The translations under genes and the position numbers were made by a program. From Takakia lepidozioides (taxonomy: Eukaryota; Plantae; Bryophyta): a DNA stretch of 64,000 bases. The notes beneath the pieces are model-generated. The model made no database searches, was not told the DNA's origin, and saw nothing but the letters and a program-made list of their open reading frames with translations. Positions 1 to 13,419 of the stretch are shown here, piece after piece. Position 1 is the stretch's first letter, and the number at the start of each line of letters is the position of its first letter. The stretch lies in the NCBI GenBank assembly GCA_030704615.1, contig CM060732.1, positions 32,736,001 to 32,800,000 on the forward strand. Reading direction: 5' to 3'.

Positions 1-701
1 CCCCACTTCACAGTGGAGCTGACAAAGCAGACGACATTCAACTTAAGCTCCGGAATCTGTCATGAAAGCGCACTGCACTGGCCTGCTCCAGCTCATGAGA
101 AGGTAATTAACCAGATCACAGTGGCTCCTCAATGCAGAACTGCAGATAGCCTCCAACGAGCTTGTCCTCAACCATCCCTTGGCCAGTCCCAGATGGCTCT
201 GGCAATTTCGAGCCAACCTGCAAAGGAGCGTTGTGGCCCTTCAGTAACTTCCACTACCACTGCGTACCATGTACATCCTCTATACTCTATTTGAACTTAT
301 GATTACTCTCTTTTCGACTGCTGTGAGATCACAAATATCTTTGATTCACTGACTTATCAACACTCAGTACTGATGTAGAAGAGGAAAAGACGAGATCTGA
401 AGTGAGAGTGTACTAACGTAGAAGATGCACAAGAGGATTAGATCTCTCCGCCATATCCACCAGAGCCAAAATAATCCCGTCTAGTTCCTGCAATTGTCTG
501 GCTCTTTTGATGTTCCAGCTTAGGACATTCACTGATACGGTGACCAAGACCTCCACAATACGCACAGCCCTTCACTCCACTAGCCTTTGCAAGCTCCTCT
601 GCCTCTTCCATTGGATCATCCAAAGTTGCCAAAACAGGTGGGATTCTCTGCTTGGCCTCCTTTAGCAGATGCTTCAGATCCAGAAGGATCGTCTCACTCT
701 A

Positions 702-1655
<954 letters not shown>

Positions 1656-1804
1656 CACGCCAGTGGTTTTCCAACATGGTATCAGAGCCAAGGTTGGGGC
1701 GGTGGTCAGAATGGGTGGGCATCAGCTATAAGGGCTATGCCTTGAGGGGGAGTGTTGGAGGTGTCAAGGCTATAGCCCTTGCGCAGCACTATGAGAACAA
1801 AAAG

Positions 1805-1876
1805 GGACGGGTAGCTCAATGGTAGAGCACCCCACCGGAATGGGGGAGGTCCTAGGTTCGATCCCTAGCCCGACCA
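1805..1876 (+). other. tRNA-like cloverleaf in TRIM 3' LTR (not a functional tRNA)
   Basis: A box TAGCTCAATGG, B box GGTTCGATCC, GCTC/GAGC D stem, 6-nt anticodon loop CCGGAA, acceptor stem GGACGGG/CCCGACC. Confidence 0.85.
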
Positions 1877-1938
1877 TACGGTAGTGGTTTTCCAACGCAG
1901 ACAACGAGTCCAAAAGGTCCCTCCCCACTAATCAGTCA

Positions 1939-2889
<951 letters not shown>

Positions 2890-4820
2890 TTAACGGTCGC
2901 ACAAATCAAATGTGCAAGACTTTCGAGAGTATGGGGATTGGAGCCCATACCACCTCGTGTGCCATAACCGATCTGGTTGAAAGGCAGGTCGCAAGAACCG
3001 AACAGTTATGCACAGCCTAGCAGGCAAACCTTACATTTTACTCAATCCAAAGCTCCACACTGTGCATTGCTCAATACGACCAGGAAATATCAACTACCAG
3101 TCCAGAAAAGGAAAATTTTGTGGTGCTCTCTATCTCTCTTCTTTCAGTACCTGGAGATGGCTGGCTCATCAAGAACTCATCCGTGAAGTACATCGAGAAA
3201 TCTCATTTCTGTTTGCGTGGCTGTACGATGGGATTGAGCTGCCCCTCCTCTTTCTGGAACATCACGCAACAATTGGTGACACGAAAGGAGGTGATTCCAA
3301 TGTCCACGCCAAGTCTCCAGACTTGGACACAGCAAGGATACACCAAGATCTCTAGATTTACAACCTGTACCGCACACTCGATGGAGGTTTGACTGCAACC
3401 AATCAATTTCACCTCGATTCTTTGCCCAACACTTGTGGGGGCTTGATCGTATTTTGTTGTCAGTGTTGCTGAATCCGGGAAAAGTTCAAGAAACAAGCCA
3501 AGAGCACCTACAGTTCCTGCAATGAGAATTGGTGTCGCAACCTGTTCAACTCATGGAAGAGAGAAGTTCAGATGGAGAGTAAACATAAAGTCGAGGCATC
3601 CCGCTCAAAGAACTTGTCGAAATACTGAGTTTTTGAAGAAATGTAAAGCTACAGGTGAGCGGTATCTTGCCGACCGCATGGTGGTTTGAGCTGAGGAGAA
3701 TCGAGTGAACACTACCAGCATCCAAGAGGCACCCTTCAACATTCCAAAGAAACCATGGTGTACAGTACAAGTAGAGCTGCTGAAGAATGTGGAAGAATCT
3801 ATGAGATGCAGTGGCGATCCAGGTGTGAATAAGCCTCATACAAGAAGTTGACTCATTAACTCTGGAGATGAGTTGACACCTACAACCCTAAGTTGCACCA
3901 GACTAAGGGAGCCCACATTGTTTTTCTGGGAACAGCAAGTTAGTTACATGAGCTGCTGTTTGGTTTTATGTAAGGGATTGATGACAAGGGTCTCCAGTAC
4001 TATTAGAGAACCTCAAAATACTGCGAGGTATACTTCATGCATTTTCAAGAGGAGCGCCTCAAGACTTGGAATGTCTTTGCAACTTGGAAGTCTCTGCTTG
4101 TCACTTGCCTCTAGACAGACCGTCTAGATGGGGACCTTTTCTTGTCTCCCATTAGTAATCCTCTGTCTGCTGCATGGTTCAATGTGGGGAGTGAACGCAG
4201 GTGAAAGTCACATGAAGAATTGGAATGAAACAGATGAGGGAAGTCACTGGTCTTGTTAAAGACTAAACTAACAAATCCTGGAGAGTGACTGCCATTTCAA
4301 GAAAGCCAGTGGCGCAAGCCCCACTTGCATAATGCTGCAATGGCAGTAGGTGATCCTTCGACTAGCACCTCTGGACTTCCAGCATCATTATTCCAAAGCA
4401 TGAGAGAAACGGATCCCGCAACAGGACGCCTCCCTGGAATTTAGGCAGAGATCCCAAATTGTGCAAGCAAGATAGGAGGCTTTGTCATCAGGTTATTGAT
4501 GTAAGGGAAGACCAATGCAAGGCTGGTTTTGTAACTGTGTAGGGGAATAGTGAATGCGGGATTCGGACTGTAGACAAGGGGAATAATTTTGTGAGGAAGC
4601 AGAGATGCAAGGAAAAGGAAAGGCAGGAGTCAGGATACCTTATATAGTATTGAATGAGCTGACTCTGTCCCCAGTGCCAGGGCTCCCCAAGGGATAGTCG
4701 ACCACACTCTGCCCCTAGTATATATTACACAGCACTCAGTAGGTCTAGTTCCACTGTGAGGATTGAATCTGCAAGGGGTCCACAAAGGGGGCTTGCTACC
4801 TGCGTTGATATCCTCCAGGG

Positions 4821-5050
4821 GAGAGAGAGAGAGAGAATGTACTCATGAGACGTTGATTGCCAAAGCCTTCTGGTCATAGAACCCCGCACCCAAGTTTGGG
4901 CGGAACAAAAGGGAACAGATACTACCTTTGTGCGGGGCTCACTCCCGTAGTGTGACTACCTTGATAGAGACAATTCGTTCGGGTCTTTCAGAAATCCTCT
5001 AGAAAACCCTTCACACAAGCATCAACTTGCTGTGTGTGAACTGCCCAACG
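4821..5050 (-). repeat. Short structured dispersed repeat next to (GA)n; related copy at 62236-62452
   Basis: AATGTACTCAT...GACTACC module aligns with 62236-62358 in the same orientation. The 4980-5046 module aligns with 62379-62445 in the opposite orientation. Confidence 0.75.
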
Positions 5051-5576
5051 TTTAGACCCAACAGGGCCGCACCATTGATCACACATACTAGGCAGTCATT
5101 TGCGGAGATCTTTGTTACAGGATTGAAGAAAATATGAACAAATCCCATTGACACGACTGAAGCAAAAACACTCTATATGCCACGAGATACATGTGGAGCA
5201 CTACAGTCGGAAAAGGAAGAAGCTGGAATGAGAAACCGTACTTATATCTACGAGCATACAGAAAATCTCGAGTGGAGTAACATGTAGAGCTGCTTCATAG
5301 ATCCCCTACGACAATCTTGTCGCAGATTACAGACTGCTGCTCACTTGCATGAATGCAGCACCGACACCGGAGACCAGGCTACATAAGTGGCCTCCACCAC
5401 GCATTAGAAAACTCGCCAGGACCCTGAATCTGCGAGAGAAACCTGCAGAGAATTTACATGTAGAGTCTCAGAACCCCGTGCCAAATATGCATAGATCGCA
5501 CGAACCCTAATTGACATCCAATGGCGTTGGCTGCCGATCCATGCTAAGCCTTGAAGAATGGATCAGTTGGCTTACC

Positions 5577-5789
5577 TCAATGAGATTCTTTCTTGTCTGG
5601 AGAAGAGGTCTTGGATGTCAGTGCATCTACAGCGACATAGACAGCAAAAGCAACCACAGCAATGCCGAGTCCCGGGGTAGCGCGCTTCAGATTGTTTCTG
5701 AGAAGGGGATGCCTCCGATAATCATCTCGTGCTCGGAAGAAAGCGCCTGTGGATATATTGCTGCTGCCCTTGTCGAATCCGTTCGCCAT
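5577..5789 (-). CDS. NDUFB3: NADH dehydrogenase (complex I) beta subcomplex subunit 3 / B12
   Basis: 70-aa ORF from the ATG at 5789: STGAFFRARDDYRRHPLLRNNLKRATPGLGIAVVAFAVY matches the plant B12 pattern TGEFFRRRDEWRKHPML...ALPGLGIG..AF..Y. Confidence 0.9.
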   Translation of the reverse strand: MANGFDKGSSNISTGAFFRARDDYRRHPLLRNNLKRATPGLGIAVVAFAVYVAVDALTSKTSSPDKKESH

Positions 5790-5958
5790 AGCTGCCTGCC
5801 CTGCTTCCCTGCGAGAGATCACAAGCAGCCCTGCGGACATGTACCAAGCGAGGAAGGAATAATGTTCAATCTGCAGTGCAGACCTTCCTAAGTACAATTG
5901 ACATTGTGAGAGGCGATACCTCTTTATTTAGATTAATCAACAGTCTCTTGGCGTGTTT

Positions 5959-6031
5959 GACCGTATGGCCCAATGGATAAGGCGCTGGTCTACGGAACCA
6001 GAGATTCTGGGTTCGATCCCCAGTATGGTCG
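5959..6031 (+). tRNA. tRNA-Arg(ACG)
   Basis: 73-nt cloverleaf, GACCGTA/TATGGTC acceptor stem, CTGGT-CTACGGA-ACCAG anticodon arm, GGTTCGATCC B box, downstream T-run terminator. Confidence 0.95.
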
Positions 6032-6077
6032 TTATTTTTTCGATATTGTTGTACTTTTTTTTAAATAAAAAACTTGT

Positions 6078-6372
6078 TTAAACTTTAGTAAAAAACTTTA
6101 ATAACTTGTTTAGATGACAAATATATGGGATAAAATAATGGGTTCGACCAACTTGCATGGAGTTGGCTTGAGCAGCAAAATCGACCCAGTTCACGTCCAT
6201 GCCCATTTTTTCCACGACAAATCCCCTACAGAATTTTGTACCAAGAATGGCAGTATGTTGCAAAGCTCTTGAATACACCCAATAGTACAATGACTCGATT
6301 TCTAGGGGGAGAGCTCGGTTAGCGATATACTAAACCTTGTATCCATTGCGATCGGTTTTTTCACTAAACATC
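6078..6372 (-). pseudogene. Degenerate, probably TE-derived ORF fragment split by the Gypsy-like insertion (other part to the right of 17338)
   Basis: Joining the flanks across the CATC TSD gives a continuous frame LVDVDSLKMFSEKTDRNGYKV*...YYWVYSR...RGFVVEKMGMDVNWVDFAAQAN. Sequence at 6034-6140 recurs near 18992-19052. Confidence 0.4.
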
Positions 6373-6740
6373 TGTCATGGTTTTAGTCATGGTTAACTAG
6401 AATTACCTACTTCTAATTAACTAGGACATTTTGGATATTTATATTTGTATTTTGTGTGTTGGGACTTCATTTGGTCTCACATGCCAAGTGAGGTGTCAAA
6501 CCTCACTTGGGACATGGGGATGGGTTTTCCCCTTGTGAGTGTTGAGGAGGGCTCATCTTCTTGTAGTAAAGCCTTTATGAGCCTCTCCCACCTCCATAGC
6601 TCTAGGTATTGAGAGGGAGTGTGGTGAGGGCTTTGTAGGCTGGATTCCCTTAGCAAAGGTGCATTTGGCTTGACTTAGTTTATGTGATTGAGTGGATTCA
6701 TGAGTGGTGTGTTTCTATTGTGTGTTCACTTCCATTATCA
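6373..6740 (+). repeat. Repeat A1 (368 bp; the 3' part of the LTR)
   Basis: Same length as 16879-17246 with about 17 mismatches by eye. Starts TGT and ends CA. Contains the hairpin CAAGTGAGG/CCTCACTTG. Confidence 0.95.
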
Positions 6741-6752
6741 CTACAAGAAGAT
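6740..6752 (+). promoter_or_regulatory. Candidate self-priming primer-binding site
   Basis: ACTACAAGAAGAT is the exact reverse complement of ATCTTCTTGTAGT at 6555-6567 inside A1. No TGG tRNA-type PBS follows A1. Confidence 0.7.
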
Positions 6753-8117
6753 CTCCTTATACTTGTGAGTGCGGAGTGTAAGGGTTAGTTTAGCACTTGT
6801 GTGTTGGAGAGAGCTTGGTAAAGAGCTTTGGTTTTGCAAGGTGTTGCAGGTTTTGCAAAAGAAAATCTTTGTGGCATGGAGAACATGGATGTTAGGGTTT
6901 GAAAAGCATTACTTTGCTCTATAGAGGTGGAGAGCTTTTGAAAAGAGCTCTTGCATCACAAGAAAAACGTCTTGTGTGTGGAGAATATAGACACTAGGGT
7001 TTCAAGAGCAAGCTCTAGTTGTTCATGGTGTGAAAGAGAAGCCAAAGAGCCGCACATGCTTGGGTTGGAATAAAAGGAGTACAACAAGGGTAGCTTGAGG
7101 AGCATTGAGTAGCTCAAGAGAAGCTAAGAAGTGGTTGTTCTATCCATGGTGAAATGAAGCCAAGTGGGGTTTTATTTGGTTGACAAACAAACAAGCAAAG
7201 GCGGTGCTAGAAGGGAGTGCTTTTGCTAGTTCTATAAGTTCTTGGATTGCTCTTGGTGAAGCAAGTGGTTGACCAAGCAAGTGGCGCATGTGTAGGGCAT
7301 GCTTTCCAAGTGTGGCTTCCAATTCAAGCTTGAGGAGAGCTAGAAGATGAAGTGAGCAAGTTCATTCCTTGTGTATGACGTGGTGCATGTTGTGGAAGAA
7401 AAGCCAATGAGCTACATAGGCTAGGGCTTGAAGACAACAAAAGCAACCACTTGGAGAGCATCAAGAAGCTCAAGATGACTCCAAAGGGAAGCATGTGGGT
7501 GAGAATTCTATCCATGATGATGTAAAACCAAGCCTAGAGTATTGAAGAGCTTGGAGCACATGTGGGAGATCATTGGAGGTGGTCTTCATGAAGAAAGGAG
7601 ATTGTGGCTCATGGCATGCATAGCAACTTCAACCATACATTAGCATGTGACAAGACAAAGAAGGGGAAGGTGAAGCTCATGTATTCATTTCTTTTTTGCT
7701 TAAGTTTTGTGGTGGATGGTTGATCAAGCAAGTGATGCTTATGTGGAGCATGCTCTTTAGGGCTTGTGACTTCAAGTTTGAGAAGATGAGCTCTTGAATA
7801 GAGGTTGGATATACATTATGATAAATGAAGAGAACACCTAGGTCAAGAGGTGGAAGTGTGTGTGACTAGCCCATGCAAGGGAAAGCACATGGAAGATGGC
7901 ATACAAAATTCAAATTCAAGCAAGGCTTGGCGCTTGTCATTGGGCACATTAGCTTGCTATGAGTTCCAAGGAGATCAAGAGGAACTTGTCAATTTGGGAT
8001 GAATGCATTGCAAAGTAAGATCATGCAATCTTGCATGCATGTTAGGGGGAAAGATACCATGAAGAAGGTGTTTCTTACTATACTCTATAAACCCTAGTCT
8101 CCATACTCTTCAAGAAA

Positions 8118-8700
8118 CTGTGTATGGGCTCCCTCTGCCCATCATACACTTTTGTGAACAAGGTATGGAACCCCTCTGCCCAACATACACTTTTGTGAAC
8201 AGAGTATGGGCCCCCTCTGCCCAACATACGTTTTTGTGAACAGTGTATGGGCTCCATCTGCCCCACCATACACTTTTTTGAACAGTGTATGGATACAAGT
8301 GGAGAGACTTTGCCTGCCATACGTTTTCATTAAAAGTGTATGACATCTAGGGTGTATCTGGAGGAGTATTGCCTTTGGAGGATCTTTAGGGGGTCCTTTG
8401 AGGAGCTTTTGTAAGACACTTGAAGAGCTCTTGAAGGGGTGTTTGGAGGACTCTTTGGAGGACTATTGGGGGTCCTTGAAGACCAATATTTGGCAAATAT
8501 TTGGAGCTTTGGAGGAATATTTGGAGGACTATTTTGGGGTCCTTGGAGGCTAATATTTGGCGAGCTTAAGGAATCTTTGGCAACTTGTCTGAAGGACTTT
8601 TTGGGGTCCTTGAGGGCCAAGATTTGGCAGGCTTTGGGGGCCTTAGTGAGATTGTTTGAGAAACGTCTTGAGGGCTCTTGGAGAGTTATTTGAGAGACCC
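8118..8700 (+). repeat. Tandem repeats in the retroelement 5' leader
   Basis: About five copies of a ~40-bp unit (TGTATGG...CTCTGCCCAACATACACTTTTGTGAACA) at 8118-8330, then degenerate TTGGAGGA/GGGGTCCTTG units to about 8700. Confidence 0.8.
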
Positions 8701-9265
8701 TGGAAAGTAATTATGTCTGTTGGTCATGAGCAAGAGCGTTTAGAGATAGGGAGAGACTAGTGGGATGAGAGCATTCTGGGATTAGGAATTGCTTTACTCT
8801 CTCTTCCCCGTAGTCTTCCACCCTCTATGTAGGCCAAAACCTTTCCGGGTGTCCTTGCAGGAGCGACACCGTGGAGTGTTTTTTTTGGTGTGGGGGAGTT
8901 ACTGTCTTGATTTTCTTGTATTTGGATCCCCCCCACACATGCATGCTTGACTCTGCGCCATGTCAATTTTGTGTGGGCGCTTGTTTTTATAGGAGGTTGG
9001 TCCGGATTTGATCACCGGCCAATCCTAGAACATGCTGTCGGTGGTGAGGCTGGGATGATGACCATCATTGTTTCTCTTATGGTGAGGCTGGATTGATGAC
9101 TAGCAGACCATATGAGTGCTTGCAGTGGATGCAGGTGCAGGTTTATGTTACGAACCTAGTAGTTTAAGCCATAAGCTGCAACAGGTTCTCTACCCGGTTA
9201 CCTTGTGGAAAGGGGGATTAGAGACAGGTTTACAACAGGTGTGGTTGTGAGTTTTCATCACGGAG

Positions 9266-11217
9266 GTGCCACCAGCTGCTGAGGGGAGTGCCGGTACGAG
9301 CACCAGCGATACTAGTGGGTACACAAGACGAGGTGTGCGGTTTAGGCCACTTTCACCTTCAGTGTCTTCTGAGGAAGGTTCAGACTCGGAGTCAGGAGGA
9401 TTCTCGCCGAGGGTGCAAGTCATTTCCGTGCCATTGTTATGGGACACGATAGAGGAGATGTATGGAGCTACCAAGGGGCCACGTAGGTACTCTGGAGCTG
9501 TGGGCACCATCGAGCTTGATGACTTTATACAAGAGTTTGACAGTTGGTGTGATTTGCAGCAAATGCGCAATCCACAACTGTTTACGCCCTTTATGGCATG
9601 GAAGGGGCTATTCCAGCACCTTGAGGGGCCGCCCATGGATGATTACCATGAATTTAGGCGGGGAGATGCGGTGGAGATTGAGGAGTGGTGAGAGTATTGG
9701 TCACCTAACTATGTCTCAATCACTAGAGGCACAAGGGCAGCGGTGACACCAGCAGCTACACAAACATCTCCAACTACAAGCACTAGTAGTGGAACAAGTA
9801 GTGCCGGTACTTCTGCAGGTGGTACCAGTTCAAAAGGTGCTACTACTCCTCCTGCCACAACTACAACACATGTGCCTAGATTCAACCCGGTGGTGGAGTT
9901 CTTCCAGGAGTTGCGGAGGAACTACCAAGGAAACGGACAGAGAAGCTGCAAAGTTTGCAAGACTTCCAGCGCAAATCCAATGAGAGCTTGCGAGAGACCT
10001 ACACTCATATGAGACGCTTGATAAGTGTGACCCAAGGGGTTACTGAAGCTCAGGCAGTCCAGTTCTGGTATGGAATTTTGGACAAGGAGCTCAGGAAAAG
10101 GGTGCGGGATGCAACCCTGTTACAAGCGGCCCAACCCACATTAGCGGATGTGTTTCTGCTGGCTGAGCGGATTGAACTCAACATGGTGGAGGAGCGAGTT
10201 GTTACCATTGGATTTGGCAAGGACATGCCTGCATGAGGCGCAGCTGTGAGCCAACAGGTACAAGGGACTGCCCAATAGCGTGGTCAGGGGGGCAAGGTTG
10301 TCCAACCCAAATTCCATGGAGCTTACAGGGGACCTCAGGTGCAGAGGCCAGTAGCTTCTTTTGCAGGCCAACAACAACCAGGGGTGGTATGTTGGACATG
10401 TGGAGGACCCCATGTCAAGAAAGATTGCCCAGAAAGTGGCAAAGGGCTGGCACAAGCACAGCCTGCACAGTTGCAGTGTGGGCATTGTGGCAAGTATGGG
10501 CATGGAGATGCCCAGTGTTATGACTTGCACCCTGAGTTACGGCGAGGCCAGTTCCAAGCGAATTATGGTGGCCGAGGGCAAGGTGGAGCACCTCAGAGAG
10601 GACGAGGTGCAGGACGAGGGCAAGCACAGTATGGCCAAGGACGTGGAGGTCAGGGCGTTGACCAAGGTATGGCCAACCGGCTTCAGCAGCTAGAGCAAAG
10701 GCTCGCTGCCATGGCCACAGCTCAGGTGGTACCAGCTCCAAGACCTGAGGGTCCACCTTCTGTTCCTCCTCAGCAGCGTCATCCTGACGGAGGAGACATG
10801 GGAGGCATGGGATTTATGTGTGGGGCAGCACTACCACTAGTGCAGGTGGAGTCTGCTGCAGCCGTCACTCGAGGAGCAGTACGAGTTCCTAGGCCACGAG
10901 GTGCAGAGGTGGAGTTGGATTCACAACGTGGGGAGGCAAGCCATCAGGCTAGGTTGCCTCAATCATTCATCTTGGCGGAGACAGTGTCGACGACATCCAT
11001 GGCACCTAATTCTCGCCCCACGGATACCGAGGCGGAGGTTATTGTGCCATTGGGAAGAGCTACACGTGCAGCACTGACACCTGCTGCCAAGGCTAGTGCA
11101 GCCAGTGTGTTGTTGGGGGCGGCCACCTCTGTGTGTCAGACTGTTCTCGGCAACCATGATTGCGACGCCGGGGGTAAGACCAGCTGCAGTGTTCAGACTA
11201 GCACCAACACTCTGTGA
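9266..11217 (+). pseudogene. gag of the Gypsy-like element (disrupted)
   Basis: Capsid-like DDFIQEFDSWCD region; zinc knuckles CWTCGGPHVKKDC and CGHCGKYGHGDAQC; RG-rich tract; several stops and frameshifts. Confidence 0.8.
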
Positions 11218-11399
11218 AAGTGGGCAGGTCACTTCATCTTCTGCGGAGTTAGTGGAAGGTGTAGTGGCAGAGGGATCCTCGGATTTGAGGGTCAATACTG
11301 CCACGGCTGCGCCATGGCAAGCTGCAGCTGCCAGGTTGACGGAGCTGCCAGCTAGGCCAGCCTTTGAGCGCGCCATGGTGACACCTGGAGTTGTCTTGT

Positions 11400-11830
11400 T
11401 AGACAACCAAGATGGCATTTTCTCTTTGAATGGACCGGCAGGCAAGAGGTACCGGCCACTGCGGGTCTTGTTGGACTCGGAAGCTCAGCCACTGATGTTG
11501 GGCAAAGCCACTATTGCAGGTTTAGGCCTCATGGAGGCGGATATGGAGCCTTGTCCCTTCCAGATACAGACATCTCTGTGAGGATCAGAGCAGGCTCGGG
11601 GCATGATACGGCGTGAGTTGGCCATTAGACTACAGCCGGATCATCCTATAGATGGCTCAATGATGCGAGCCAAGGCCATTGTGACAGACGCGGTTTCCTA
11701 CGATGTCCTCGTTGGTGGAGCAGTGTTATATCCCATGGGCTTCACCCTGGATTTTTGGGAGGAGTCAGCATCCTACAGGCCTGGATGGCAATCAGGGGAT
11801 GGTCGTCGTGTACAGCTCCCTGTGATGTTC
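11400..11830 (+). pseudogene. Aspartic protease domain of pol
   Basis: RVLLDSEAQ (the DSG motif reads DSE; Asp at 11474) and downstream YDVLVGGAVL. Confidence 0.75.
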
Positions 11831-12179
11831 ATTGGAGGTGTTGCTACTGCCCAACGGAGCAAGATGCCAATACTAGCAGCCTTCACAGCTGCAGTTAGTT
11901 GGCCTGGAGAGTTGCTGGAGGGCAATGCCCATGCAGAGGATGTGCCACCTCCAGCAAAGCAAGATGACATGCATGGTACGGCGGAGTTGCCTGCCATGGT
12001 TGCTCACACTCCATTGTGAGGTACGAGCAAGGATTTGCAGCAGGCTGCTGATAGACGGGTGCAACAAGCCTGGGTAGAGGCCTTTGTACCGTCAGGAGAG
12101 GAGGAGAGTGCGGTGATTGCACCATGACCACCTCAGTTGTCGCCATTGGACACCACACCTCTTGTGTGGCAGTGCCCGG

Positions 12180-13110
12180 ATGAAGGCATACTTGTTTGGC
12201 AGGATTTAGCACTGGATTGGCTGCAGTGCTGCAGGCAGGTGTACGAGTTCGACGTTACCTATATGTGGAGAGGGATGAGACTGCACGACGCATCTCACTG
12301 CGTCATGTTGCTCAGTTGGTGCAGCAGTACCCTGATTTGTTGCCAGTGTCTGCAGTTCATGGATACCAACAAGCCTTGCAAGCAGACATCTCCTTGCTGG
12401 GGGCGCATGATTTGGAGCGGGTTGGCCCTATTCACTTAGTAGTGGCAGGTTGGCCCTGCTAAGGGCTTTCATCAGCTGGGTATGGCAATGGGTTACAAGA
12501 CTCAAGGTCACGCCTGTTTTGGGAGATGCTGAGGGTCCTACGCTATTTACAGCTTCAGTAGACAGACTCTCCGGCATATATCTTGGAGAATGTGCCATTG
12601 ATGGGTGATTCTCGGGCCAAGGTGATGGCCAGTGTACATCAAGTGCGGTCTTGGCTTGGGTCAGCAGTGTTGCTGGATGCAGCTGCAGTGGGGTCATGGG
12701 CTCATCGCCCACGACTATGGTGGACCAACTTGATACCACCTGCATTGCTCAAGCGTGCATTTGATAGGGTGCAGCGGCCACCAAACCTGATGGTGGATAG
12801 CATTTTGGACATAAGGAGGCGTGTGAGACACGATGACCGATCACCTTTGGCAGTGCTCAATAAGGTGGATCACCCACGAGCAGCATTACCTACACTGCTC
12901 AGCTTTCTAGGATCTCATGTTTTCCGGGATGGTGGACCTGGCCTCTTGTGGGATAGCCAGTTGCAGCAGTTAGTGGAGCCCAATGCTGACAAGCGTGAGC
13001 GGGCAATGGGTTTCACCACTGGTACCACGGCGGTGCCATCTCTTTCTGAGGCATCACGTCGTCAAGTGTTGGGGCAAGCAATGGATCTCAATTGCTTGAC
13101 CTGGATTATC
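12180..13110 (+). pseudogene. DNMT3-like C5 cytosine methyltransferase domain inside pol
   Basis: Damaged motif I (AGFSTG); motif II YLYVE; motif III DI; motif IV LVVAGWPC*G at 12448-12465; motif VI YILENV at 12586; motif VIII AHRPRLWWTNL at 12700; motif IX-X ERAMGF...T and RRQVLGQAM. Confidence 0.88.
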
Positions 13111-13419
13111 AGCTTGGCTATGACTAAGCAGCGCAGAATACGGAGTACACTTCCCTTGATGGTCTCCCTGCCTACCGAGACGGTACAGGCAGCGAGTGGG
13201 GGCGAACAGGTGAGGACCACGAGGTGCAGGCCATATCCATGGCACACGTGGGAGGTGCTTGAGGTTCAAAAAGAGTTGGCAGCCAAGGCGGCCGTGATGG
13301 ATGAGGTTGGGGATTTTTCTCGGGTTGAGGAGGTCTTCAAGGATGGGATGATGAGGTAGGATGAGACATTGTCACTGACAGAGGAGGCAGTGGTCACTGC
13401 TCAAGAGGTTACAGCATAA

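Noticed and set aside
3000-4500. Coding-like sequence with several short ORFs
   Set aside because: Stops in all frames I read and no family recognised; needs BLASTX.
4912-4926. U2 snRNA-like GTAGTATCTGTTC on the minus strand
   Set aside because: The flanks do not match U2 and the motif is not kept in the second copy.
5959-6373. tRNA-gene-targeted integration of the Gypsy-like element
   Set aside because: A single case about 340 bp downstream of the tRNA, inside another repeat; not enough evidence.
8118-8330. CRISPR-like array
   Set aside because: Contiguous degenerate tandem units without unique spacers, in eukaryotic DNA, with no cas genes.
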